DNA of 64,000 bases. Origin: an uncultured Acidobacteriota bacterium (GTDB lineage Bacteria > Acidobacteriota > Blastocatellia > RBC074). Position 1 is the stretch's first letter; every line of letters begins with the position of its first letter. Positions 55,163 through 64,000 of the stretch are shown here, in pieces. The notes under the pieces were generated by a model, which was given only the letters and a program-made list of their open reading frames with translations, did not search any database and was not told the DNA's origin. Position numbers and translations under genes: made by a program. The stretch is from contig CAWCKY010000006.1 in assembly GCA_963796275.1 (NCBI GenBank), positions 2,560,001 through 2,624,000 of the forward strand. The letters are read 5' to 3'.

Positions 55163-55429
55163 ATGAGCGATCAATCAAATAAGAACAATCCTTGCCGAGC
55201 AATCTTTATTTTAACAGCCACGACCAGCGAATATACGGCGGCGCGTCAGCAGTTGAAACTTACACCACAGCAGGCCCAGTGGCTGACAGGCGCATCTCGG
55301 CTTAACGGATTATCAACCCCGAAGGTTTATCGCGTTGGGAGTTGGCGGACTTTACCTCGAATCAAGGCAATTGAGGCAGCGCTAGCGGAGGTTCAGGCAG
55401 AGATCATTGATTTGCAGGTAGAAAAGTGA
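55163..55429 (+). CDS. Small hypothetical protein (88 aa), possibly leaderless
   Basis: TGcTATACT extended -10 at 55148-55156, 6 nt before the ATG; no SD sequence; no recognisable motif. Confidence 0.5.
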   Translation: MSDQSNKNNPCRAIFILTATTSEYTAARQQLKLTPQQAQWLTGASRLNGLSTPKVYRVGSWRTLPRIKAIEAALAEVQAEIIDLQVEK

Positions 55430-55822
55430 GCGCTGGTTTTTGTGTAGAAATCTTAGTTGCACAAAAAGTCAGCTAAAACTTTTTTTGCATAAGTTTAGTC
55501 CGATTCTTATCCGATAGCATGTTCCCTCCTTAGAATTTGAGGAAGAGGCAATGTAATTACTCTGCCGCTACGCCTGGAAGGGAATGTGAGCCAGTTGATA
55601 TCGACAGTTGAGCGCCTGGCGGCTAAGGCCGACGACGGCCGGATAGTCACAAGAGATCAAGTGCGCCGTGAGATCCAACTCAGACAAGTCTTGGTAAGAT
55701 CGATACTGGCATAGTACCTCCTAGGTATTGCCGGCCTATCATAAGTCATCTTTCGAACCCTCGTCGTGACAGATTTGCCCCTCAATCCGATTGCTACAAT
55801 CTAAGGACCAAGGAGAAATAAT

Positions 55823-56620
55823 ATGTTATCTGACGAAGTGATTCTGACTCATGTTGAAAACAAAGTGGCGACACTAACCTTCAACCGGCCCGCAAAATTG
55901 AACGCCCTATCGCGCGAGTTGCTGCACCAATCTATCGAAACGCTGAAAAAGTGGGGACGCGATCCCGATATTGGTGCCATCGTCGTCACCGGTGCAGGGC
56001 GCGCGTTTTGTGCAGGCGGCGATGTAAGCAATATGGCCAACGATCACGAAAACCCGCTCACGTTGGAACAACAAATTGATGGCTTGCGAGAAGCGCAGGA
56101 ACTTTCCTGGCATTTGTATAACTTGCCGAAAGTTACGATTGCTGCCGTCAACGGTCACGCGATGGGCGCAGGATTGGGCGTTTGCCTAGCTTGCGATTTA
56201 CGCATTGCATCTGAGAACGCCCAATTCGGCACGGCTTATGCGAAGGTCGGTTTCGGCGGGGATTTCGGTACGACATGGTTGCTGGCGCGTTATGCCGGTG
56301 CGCCCAAAGCCAAGGAGCTTTTCATGCTGGGCGACATCATTGACGCCGTCGAATCTCATCGAGTCGGTCTCATTAATCGCTTCGTGCCGCACGATCACTT
56401 GATGAGCGAAGTGCAAGCCATCGCCACGCGCATTGCACATGGCCCGTTGACCAGCTATCGATACATGAAAGCCAACGTCAATCTGGCCATGACGACAGAT
56501 TTCCGCACGATGCTCGACCGCGAAGCCGAAACTCATCTACGCTGCGGCCAAACCGAAGACCATCAAGAAGGTGTGCGCGCCTTCCTCGAAAAACGTCCGC
56601 CGAACTTTTCAGGCCGCTGA
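55823..56620 (+). CDS. Enoyl-CoA hydratase/isomerase (PaaG-like)
   Basis: FNRPAKLNAL, AFCAGGD, IAAVNGHAMGAG, GFGGDFG, EGVRAFLEKRPP; AGGAG RBS. Confidence 0.92.
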   Translation: MLSDEVILTHVENKVATLTFNRPAKLNALSRELLHQSIETLKKWGRDPDIGAIVVTGAGRAFCAGGDVSNMANDHENPLTLEQQIDGLREAQELSWHLYNLPKVTIAAVNGHAMGAGLGVCLACDLRIASENAQFGTAYAKVGFGGDFGTTWLLARYAGAPKAKELFMLGDIIDAVESHRVGLINRFVPHDHLMSEVQAIATRIAHGPLTSYRYMKANVNLAMTTDFRTMLDREAETHLRCGQTEDHQEGVRAFLEKRPPNFSGR

Positions 56621-56677
56621 CACATATGCTCCTTTGCCCCTGTTAACCACAATGCTCAATATTATAGGAGTTGAGTT

Positions 56678-57478
56678 ATGGAATTCCGCGAAATCATTTA
56701 CGACAAAGACCAACATGTAGCGACAATAACCCTTAATCGTCCAGCGAAGCTGAATGCATATTCAGAAGTGATGGTGCATGAAATCCTAACTGCGCTTGCC
56801 GATGCGCGAGATGACGATAGCGTGCGCGCTGTGATTCTGACCGGGACCGGACGCGGCTTTTGTTCCGGTGGCGACATCTCGCGGGACTTTCAATATCCGA
56901 TGCGCTATCGCGGCCACAAGCTGGAAGCCATGCTTGAAATGCGCGAGAACATGCATGTGCTGGTCAAATTTCTACGACGCTTCGACAAGCCTACAATTGC
57001 CGCCGTCAATGGCGCAGCTGTCGCAGGTGGTCTCACGCTGGCGTTGTGTTGCGATTTTCGCATCGCGGCTGAAAGCGCACGGCTTGGTGATACGAGTTTG
57101 CGTTTCTCGCTCATTCCCGACGAAGGCGGCGCATATTTGTTTCCCAAATTCATGGGGTTGGAAAACGCGCTTAAGATGTCGATCTTTTCCGAAGTCTATC
57201 CAGCCAGCCGGGCCAAAGAACTCGGATTGGTGACGGAAGTCGTGCCCGATGTTGAATTGATGGTTACGGCGCGTGCCTGGGCGGAACGATTTGCCGAAGG
57301 GCCGCCCATAGCCATTCGCATAACCAAGCGAATGATGTACAAACAACAAACGATGGATTGGGAAAACGCGCTCGAAGATGCGGCGCTTAGTGTGATGGTT
57401 ACGAACTATTGCGAGGACGTAAAAGAAGGCATCGCTGCTTTTCACGAAAAACGTAAACCGCGGTTCAAAGGCAGGTGA
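56678..57478 (+). CDS. Enoyl-CoA hydratase/isomerase (PaaG-like)
   Basis: LNRPAKLNAY, GFCSGGD, IAAVNGAAVAGG, LIPDEGG, EGIAAFHEKRKP. Confidence 0.92.
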   Translation: MEFREIIYDKDQHVATITLNRPAKLNAYSEVMVHEILTALADARDDDSVRAVILTGTGRGFCSGGDISRDFQYPMRYRGHKLEAMLEMRENMHVLVKFLRRFDKPTIAAVNGAAVAGGLTLALCCDFRIAAESARLGDTSLRFSLIPDEGGAYLFPKFMGLENALKMSIFSEVYPASRAKELGLVTEVVPDVELMVTARAWAERFAEGPPIAIRITKRMMYKQQTMDWENALEDAALSVMVTNYCEDVKEGIAAFHEKRKPRFKGR

Positions 57479-57569
57479 AAAACTGAGGGGGGTAGCTTTC
57501 CTGTCTTTCCCAGATTGCTGCACCAATGACCCAGGGGTGCCCTTCGCCAAAAGTCCATGCTGCATAAAT

Positions 57570-57601
57570 ATCTACTGGGAGCGACTTCGCCCCCAGTAGA
57601 T
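57570..57601. terminator. Hairpin between convergent genes
   Basis: atctactggg-agcgacttcgcc-cccagtagat. Confidence 0.55.
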
Positions 57602-57612
57602 TCCGATTTAAC

Positions 57613-58356
57613 TCAGCGTACGTACAGGGAGATTTTCGGTCTAACGCTCCGCCAATTCGCCTTGTTGTATAGGAATTCTACGCTACTGATCAATCGGTCG
57701 TTACCGCGCAGGTCGATGGCGCGCGTCTGGCCGCCTGCTGGAATGCGGTCCCGAAACTCAACCTCTTCACTCGTTCCGTTCCCGTAATGAACCACTACGC
57801 GCTGAAACTCAACCGGGGCGCCGGCGACGCGAAGCTGAATGCTTTGGGAGCTGCCCTCGCTTCGCCCTAATACGATTCTGTCACGATCCCTCTGGCCATC
57901 CACTGTCGTTTGTCCAAGTAATCTCCAGGGCCCAGGCCTAGGATCGAATCTCACCCCGTAAAGTGTGACTCTCGGTCGAGCACTCGGCCGCCAATTCGCC
58001 TTGTTGTAGAGGAATTCGACGCTATTGATCACCCGGTCAGTGCCGCGCAGATCGATGGCGCGCGTCTGGCCGCCGGCTGAAATGCGGTCCCGAAGCTCGA
58101 CCTCTTCACTGGTGCCGTTCCCGTAACGAACCACTACGCGCTGAAACTCAACCGGGGTGCCGGCGACACGAAGCTGAATGCTTTGGAAGCTGCCCTCGCT
58201 TCGTCCTAACGCGATTCTGTCAAAATCCTTCAGGCCATCCACCGTAGTTTGTCCAAGTAAGACCCAACGCCTTGCTCCTTGAGCGAACGCCGCCTGGCCG
58301 ATGCTTAACAGCAACAATAAAGCACAAACGATTCGAGTTATTCTTGATGTCGACAT
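57613..58356 (-). CDS. Exported protein with two tandem DUF2541-like domains
   Basis: Signal peptide; two near-identical W.LLGQTTVDG..D.DRI.LGRSEG..SIQLRV...VV.YGNG...IDLRG.DR units. Confidence 0.78.
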   Translation of the reverse strand: MSTSRITRIVCALLLLLSIGQAAFAQGARRWVLLGQTTVDGLKDFDRIALGRSEGSFQSIQLRVAGTPVEFQRVVVRYGNGTSEEVELRDRISAGGQTRAIDLRGTDRVINSVEFLYNKANWRPSARPRVTLYGVRFDPRPGPWRLLGQTTVDGQRDRDRIVLGRSEGSSQSIQLRVAGAPVEFQRVVVHYGNGTSEEVEFRDRIPAGGQTRAIDLRGNDRLISSVEFLYNKANWRSVRPKISLYVR

Positions 58357-58826
58357 ATTCTCTCCTTTGAATGAGCAAGGGGGTAAAGCACATTTCCTCG
58401 CTTATATTGATAGTAAAAGTACGCTTCAAACCCGCTTTTCAGCGCCATCTCAACGTTCTGTTCAAACAACTTAATTACTTCTTCACTACTAAAAAACTAT
58501 TCATCCTGCCGCTCAGCAGAACGAAAATCTTTAACCGGCGACGGGTCCGGCGACAGGTTTTGCATCTCCTGTGCCAACGTAGCTGATGTTTCTCTCTCAT
58601 TGCTAAATGCTGTAATTGGATTGTTTTTCAGCAGTACTTCTCGGTGGGTGTGAGGCAGGCATAATTTCTGAGGATACGATGTGGTATAGCGGAGAGTCGG
58701 AACGGGGTGAGCCCGCATCGCGCCCTCAGAATAGCCTGGATGGCCTGATCTCCTACGACGGTTCTAAAACTTTCTTTTATTAGTAGTATTGCGGTTTTTG
58801 AAATATCCTTACTGAGGAGTTCTGTT

Positions 58827-59765
58827 ATGTCTGACCTTTACCATCAATTCGGCGGGGCCAACGGCATTCGCGGCAGGCGGCTGCAATTCAACCAGCGCCT
58901 GGATGGCACGCCGCTACGCGTGCTGTCAGACGCGGACTGGCAATTCTGGCAGGAGAACGGCTACGTCATCGTGCCGGATGCCGTACCGGCGGAAAATCTG
59001 GAAGCGGCGACCGATTTGCTCTGGGAATTTCAGGAAATGGATCGCCGAGACCCGGCTACGTGGTATCGCAATCCGGCGCGGTTTATGGAGATGGTCGAAT
59101 TGCGCGACAGCGGCATGGTAGAGGTTTACAACCATCAGGCGCTCTGGGATAACCGGCAGCACCCGCGAGTGTATGACGCGTTTGTAGACATCTGGGGTCG
59201 CGAGGATTTGTGGGTGACAATTGACCGCGCCAACCTGAACGTTCCCAACAAAGCTGGGCATGAGTTCCCCGGCTTCATTCACTGGGACGTAGACACCAGC
59301 CTCGACCCGTTGCCGGTTAACGTGCAGGGCGTGTTGTCGCTGGGCGACGCCACGATTGAGATGGGCGGCTTCCAGTGCGTGCCCCTGCTCTATCGCAACT
59401 TCCGCGAGTGGGTGAAAACGCAGCCGCCGGATCGCAATCCGTATCAGCCGAATATTACGGGCTTCGAGATCGTCAAGGTCGAAACCAGAGCCGGCGACCT
59501 GCTGATCTGGAACAGCCTACTGGCACACGGCATCCGCACGAATCATTCCGTCAGGCCGCGTCTGGCGCAGTACATCGCGATGACGCCGGCCGAGGAAGAG
59601 AATCAGGGGCTGCGCCAGTGGCGCATCAGGTCCTGGCGCGACCGGGTTGCGCCGGAGGGCTATGCCTTCCCTGGCGACCCGCGCAACTGGGAGCAGACGC
59701 GCTACGAAGGGGCACGCCTGACCGCGCTGGGTGAAAAGCTGCTCGGACTCAGGGACTGGTCGTGA
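58827..59765 (+). CDS. Phytanoyl-CoA dioxygenase family (Fe/2OG) protein
   Basis: FWQENGYVIV, IHWD (HxD), VQGVLSL, GGFQCVP, AGDLLIWNSLLAHG, R.AQY. Confidence 0.88.
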   Translation: MSDLYHQFGGANGIRGRRLQFNQRLDGTPLRVLSDADWQFWQENGYVIVPDAVPAENLEAATDLLWEFQEMDRRDPATWYRNPARFMEMVELRDSGMVEVYNHQALWDNRQHPRVYDAFVDIWGREDLWVTIDRANLNVPNKAGHEFPGFIHWDVDTSLDPLPVNVQGVLSLGDATIEMGGFQCVPLLYRNFREWVKTQPPDRNPYQPNITGFEIVKVETRAGDLLIWNSLLAHGIRTNHSVRPRLAQYIAMTPAEEENQGLRQWRIRSWRDRVAPEGYAFPGDPRNWEQTRYEGARLTALGEKLLGLRDWS

Positions 59766-59781
59766 CATCTTCCCCGCACTA

Positions 59782-59851
59782 GAAGAGAAACAGGTGAACT
59801 TTAGCCTGAATCGAATGAAGAGAAACAGATGAACTTTAGCCTGAATCGAAT
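59782..59851 (+). repeat. 35-bp tandem direct repeat x2
   Basis: gaagagaaacaggtgaactttagcctgaatcgaat / gaagagaaacagatgaactttagcctgaatcgaat, 1 mismatch, no spacer. Confidence 0.9.
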
Positions 59852-59855
59852 AAGG

Positions 59856-59995
59856 TTCGCGGATACTGGCGGAGATGGCCTCCACCTTCTCTTCGAGTAT
59901 CCGAACTTCCAATTAAGAACTCCACTGGAGAACTAGGATCGGGCCTGGACATCAAGACTGATGGCGGATCGATAGTCGTCGCACCCTCGCTTGTC
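59856..59995 (+). pseudogene. Bifunctional DNA primase/polymerase (Prim-Pol) fragment
   Basis: FADTGGDGLHLLFEYPN, a frameshift, then PIKNSTGELGSGLDIKTDGGSIVVAPSL; matches TGxGGxHxxF...NS.G.LG.GLDI...GG.VV.PPS. Confidence 0.65.
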
Positions 59996-60325
59996 GCTAC
60001 GGCTGTCGTTTTAACCGTATAACTATTCTCAAAACTCCAGTTATACGGCGCACGAGGTAACATTCCCTTTTGGCAGGCTGATAAATAGTGCCTTGTGGCC
60101 ATGGCATCCGGCAGGACAAAATAGACCATAGAAACGATCAGGTACCTCAAACAATTGCACGAACTGGCCGGCGAAATCGATCGATTGTTTGCCAGCGCCT
60201 ACTTCTACTTTCGTCTCAATGACCTACGCGGCGCTCTGCCGGCGCTCAAAGTGATCTTCTCTGCTGTCTAACAGCAGTATTCAGCGGGTACGGCTTGTTC
60301 GAGATGGCGAATCCCATACAAGAAG

Positions 60326-60724
60326 TTACTTTCTTATGCCTCCTAAGCCCTGTCCTCCCACCGGTTCCGTGACGGTATGCTCGCCGAAACCAGCGATGAG
60401 CGGCTTTCCCCGCACGATTGCCTGCTTTACGGAGGGAAGAGAAAGCGAGGCTTTGTGGCTGGCTTGGCTATCCCACACTTCGGTGATCCATATCGCGTTC
60501 GCATCCACCGGATCCTTGGCGATCACATAACTGAGACAGCCAGGCATGTCTGCTATTCCCTCGAGCAATATCGCGATCAATGCATCCCGTTGACCCGCGA
60601 CAGCCGTCATCTTGCCAATCAACCCGTACATCGTTTTTTCTTCTATAGAGACCGCCCCTGCTGACGTGCAGGCGGTGGTTGCCACGGCTGCGCCAGCCGT
60701 AAAAATGAAACTACGTCGGTTCAT
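60326..60724 (-). CDS. Antibiotic-biosynthesis-monooxygenase (putative quinol monooxygenase) family protein with twin-arginine leader
   Basis: MNRRSFI leader; MYGLIGK...GQRDAL...MPGCLSYVIA.D..ITEVWDS..SH.ASL.LP. Confidence 0.85.
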   Translation of the reverse strand: MNRRSFIFTAGAAVATTACTSAGAVSIEEKTMYGLIGKMTAVAGQRDALIAILLEGIADMPGCLSYVIAKDPVDANAIWITEVWDSQASHKASLSLPSVKQAIVRGKPLIAGFGEHTVTEPVGGQGLGGIRK

Positions 60725-61062
60725 GGGGTTTCTCACTTCCGGAGTTGGAGTTGTACATCGAGACGATCTTCATTCGGCACGACTTTTCGTTCGCCGAGTA
60801 TAAATCGTATACTCATACATCGCTTGTCACGAACCAGAATCTTAACAGAGTTTACCGATCTTCTTTACTGTAATCGCATCTCGACTTATTAGATATCTGC
60901 GGCATCGATAACGGGTTTTCTCTTTGGACGATAGCGCACTAGACGAAGCCGCATTCCGGATGACAATATTTCTTCACAGCCTCTCCCTCGTGAAAGCCGC
61001 ACGTAGTAGCCGGGAGAATGAGGCTAATGGAATGGGAGGAAGGGAAGTTGTGCTGCTCACAA

Positions 61063-62367
61063 TTACGGTTTTATGCCGAGTTTGCTTTTGACCTGATTGA
61101 TGCTGAATTCCAGCCAACCGCGTTCGTTGCTGTTGCGGCAACGCGAATGTAATGTCTCCAAGGCTCTCACCCTCGCCTGTAAAGCAAGCCTATGATTCGG
61201 ATCAGCCGCGAGCGCCATATCGATCAGATGCAGTGCCTCGACGGCCTGTCCCGCCTGCGCGCGTTCCATTGCCGTCTTCGCGATCACGTCCGCGCCGCCT
61301 GCGAGTTTGACGACATCAGGATAGACCGATGAAGCGGGCTTTTCATACATCGTCGCTGGGTTGAGATCGAACCATCCGGCATAGCCTTCGTAAATTCCTC
61401 GGACTGACCAGCTCAATTTGCCGTAGCCTTCGCCGATGTCCAGCTCAGGCGGTAGCTTGATCTCGTTCATTAACGTCCACACGTCCTTACCCGCGTTCAT
61501 TCCTTTGACCGTTTCGTCGTGGACGTACTGGATCGCATCGCGGTAACGAGTGAGCTGCTTGAGTATCTCCGCATTTCCAGTAATCGGAGTCCCATGGCTT
61601 GGCAGAACGATTTCGGGTTTGAGCGCCAGGACTTGGTTGAGCGAGTCGATGTAATCAAGTGCCCAGCGAGGCTTGGTTCCGCGCAGCGTGTAGATGTTCG
61701 GGAACGATGTGTAAAAATTGTCGCCGATGAAGGCTGCTTTGTATTTGGGAATCCAGACCGTCGCGTGATCCGGTGTTTCGCCAGGCGTGCTGAAGACCTC
61801 GAATTTCATTCCGCCGAGTTCGAATTCGTACTTCTCATCGAACAGGATCGACGGCTCAATCTTCGCGCCGTAATTTCCCGGCCACGGCCCGGGATCGGGG
61901 ATGCGCAGCGAGAATTGCGCGGCGTTGCGACGGGCGAAAAAACCGTTGAGCCGCCTCTGGTAGTGCTGAAACTCCACATGATGTTTCTGCGCGATGATCT
62001 TCGTGTCGGGCTGCTTCCAAGATGACACGCCTCCAGTGTGATCGCCGTGGGCGTGCGTCAGGATGATGTATTTGACGGGACCTGCGTTTTCGGCTTGCAG
62101 AAGTTGTTTGTGGCGCGTGGCGTTGAAGGGCATTGAGGTATCGATAATCACGTTGCCGCCTGCGGTCACGACCATAAACGTGTTGCCGAAGCCGGTGGCC
62201 TGGTAGATCGCTTCGCCGACCTTTAGCGCCTTCCTCTGATCTCGCCCGGCAGCGAGCGGATTGTCGGACATCTGGTCCTGCTGCGCGCGGGGCATTGGCT
62301 GAGGTGACAAAATCGCTGCTAGAAGGGGGGCGGCAGCGATTGTCAGGAGAGATTTTGCGTGGTTCAT
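61063..62367 (-). CDS. MBL-fold hydrolase, alkyl/aryl sulfatase-like with dimerisation domain
   Basis: THAHGDHTGG, TPGETPD, FPNIYTLRGT..R, LPSHG, VRGIYEGYAGWFD.NP. Confidence 0.88.
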   Translation of the reverse strand: MNHAKSLLTIAAAPLLAAILSPQPMPRAQQDQMSDNPLAAGRDQRKALKVGEAIYQATGFGNTFMVVTAGGNVIIDTSMPFNATRHKQLLQAENAGPVKYIILTHAHGDHTGGVSSWKQPDTKIIAQKHHVEFQHYQRRLNGFFARRNAAQFSLRIPDPGPWPGNYGAKIEPSILFDEKYEFELGGMKFEVFSTPGETPDHATVWIPKYKAAFIGDNFYTSFPNIYTLRGTKPRWALDYIDSLNQVLALKPEIVLPSHGTPITGNAEILKQLTRYRDAIQYVHDETVKGMNAGKDVWTLMNEIKLPPELDIGEGYGKLSWSVRGIYEGYAGWFDLNPATMYEKPASSVYPDVVKLAGGADVIAKTAMERAQAGQAVEALHLIDMALAADPNHRLALQARVRALETLHSRCRNSNERGWLEFSINQVKSKLGIKP

Positions 62368-62427
62368 AGACCTTGCTCCTTTTCTGAGTGACGATGCGGA
62401 TGGGTAATTAGAAACCGGGTTCGCGCT

Positions 62428-62691
62428 ATTTAGTTGAGGACTGTGCAAATAAAAGTCAATTGGAACCAGCATTTCGGTCCTGAGCGCCAGCGGCGCGATG
62501 TTTCTAGTACTCGATCACCAAAGTCTGACGAGCTCCGGAGGAGCGAACAGGTAGGCATTCATATGTCGCTCCTTCGTCGGAGCTCAGGTTATGGTTAGGA
62601 TAGTGAGCTATAGAAATTACGCGCCTCCGGCGCTGAGATGCGAGACTATTGATTCTGTTGGATTTTAATTTGCACACGCTACATTTAGTTG
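62428..62691. mobile_element. MITE-like element, copy 2
   Basis: gaggactgtgcaaataaaag...gagcgccagcggcgcg...gctccggaggagc...taatttgcaca, collinear with 13464-13721; atttagttg at both ends. Confidence 0.75.
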
Positions 62692-63743
62692 GGCGTCGCA
62701 AAAGCTTGAAGCCATACCTGTTTGTGTTGACACTCGTATTCGCCATCTCAAAGATACATAAGGGCGTACCCACTTTTTGAGCTATTCGATAAAACCTGTG
62801 AATTCATCGCCCGAGGAAGAATCGCCATGCATCTCGCCCCACTGTGTAACAAAGCTCTGTCTTGCGGGCGAGCTGAGAGGACGCATTATATCTGAAAATG
62901 AAGGTGCAGCGATCGATTTGTATGGCTGGTTGGAGGCTTTGGAACAGATTAGATAGAACCTCATATTTTCTTCACCCGCCTGACCCGACTTATCCGCATA
63001 GATTGATAATGACATTCTATATGAGTAGGTCTAGGCGGTCCTACAGAGCTCTACGAAACAAGCAAAAAATTCGGCAACAAGCCAGACCGGGTAATTTAGG
63101 TTCTAGGTTTTTGCGTCGCCGCCAAATGCCTGTTCCTGCATTTTCAATATACGACATTGCACACTGCTGATTGATCATATTGCTAAGTTCGGAATAGATT
63201 CCCGATAAATGAGGAGGGGCGCTTTTATCAGTTAGCATCTTTGTCGGCCGACCCTTCGCATAATTTTAACAATTGTTCGGCCGGCGGCAACGCCTCTTTG
63301 AGTTAACTGCACTTCCAAAAAAGATCGCCTTGACACCCGCTTTGTCCGAAGCCTAGCATTGTAAGCTGGCCCGCTGCCTCGGCACGTGAGGTTCGGCGGA
63401 CGCCGAGATGTCCTTCTGCACTTCGACTCCAGCTGCTATGCGGTGGTTTACTTCCCGGATAGCGACATCTCTCCCAACACCCTCCAATGCACCGAGCACA
63501 TCAGCCGGCATCACCCCAACAGAGAGGAGCACAATGACTCGACCACTATCGGTGAACGACGAACTCCCGCGTGACATCGAGTGAAGGTACGCACTTCGCG
63601 GATGTTACCGGCTCGATCTGAGCGGCATGATCTGTCTGCAAATTGACGCAGATATTCAATAACGCGAGCCGTGTGGTGCTGGTTGCCGCTCACATTCAAC
63701 AAATCTGACTTTCGATTCAGATGAACGCTAAGGAGGAAGAAAC

Positions 63744-64000
63744 ATGGCAAATCCGATTCTGGTCACCGGCGCGGCGGGCCGCGTCGGCGGGATAGGGCGG
63801 ACGGTCACCGAACTATTGTTGAAGCAAGGCAAAGCGGTGCGTGCGATGGTGCGAAATGAAGACGAACGCGCGCAGGCGTTGCGCGACCTGGGTGCGGATG
63901 TCGTAGTCGGCAATCTCCTCGATCTCGAATCGATGCATAGGGTGATTGCCGGCTGCGAGACGATGTACTTCGGCATGTCGGTTTCGGATGCCTATTTGGC
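63744..64000 (+). CDS. NmrA-like NAD(P)H-binding protein (runs off the window)
   Basis: AGGAGG RBS; MANPILVTGAAGRVGGIG...VRAMVR...LGADVVVGNLLD. Confidence 0.85.
   Translation, partial: MANPILVTGAAGRVGGIGRTVTELLLKQGKAVRAMVRNEDERAQALRDLGADVVVGNLLDLESMHRVIAGCETMYFGMSVSDAYL

Noticed and set aside
57651-58260. Diverged repeat pair as a DGR template/variable repeat
   Set aside because: Both units are in-frame domains of one gene, the differences are not adenine-specific, and there is no reverse transcriptase.
59782-59851. 35-bp repeat as a CRISPR array
   Set aside because: Only two units, directly adjacent with no spacer, and no cas genes.
62700-63740. Short ORFs in the AT-richer stretch before the NmrA gene (also 1-320, 790-1170, 25050-25620, 58360-58820)
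   Set aside because: No recognisable motifs, RBS or repeats; left unannotated.

Overview
A 64-kb accessory-type region, most likely from an Acidobacteriota (Blastocatellia-like) genome. This is inferred from Oar-like TonB-dependent receptors with carboxypeptidase-regulatory N-domains, an ADOP-type permease tail, a TIGR03437-like C-terminal remnant and a cytochrome-fused quinoprotein. No rRNA, convincing tRNA, CRISPR array, reverse transcriptase or intact transposase is visible. Intact genes are mostly exported catabolic functions: two TonB-dependent receptors, a GH53 galactanase, a GH15, an S9 peptidase, a tricorn protease, a serine hydrolase, amidohydrolases, an alkyl-sulfatase-like MBL, a di-heme cytochrome c/PQQ dehydrogenase plus lactonase, and a stand-alone BamA. 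The intergenic space is full of decayed genes: IS1182, IS200/IS605, ISL3 and IS5 remnants, plus MutS-like, HigB, Prim-Pol, methyltransferase and histidine-kinase fragments. Several REP/MITE families are present, and several otherwise intact genes carry single-base frameshifts that may be long-read errors. The best candidate for an undescribed system is a tightly coupled GC-rich three-gene cassette (29438-33503): a ferritin-like diiron domain fused to DUF362, a CrtI-like FAD oxidoreductase and an alpha/beta hydrolase, with no carotenoid context. All family calls come from motif recognition by eye, not from database searches.
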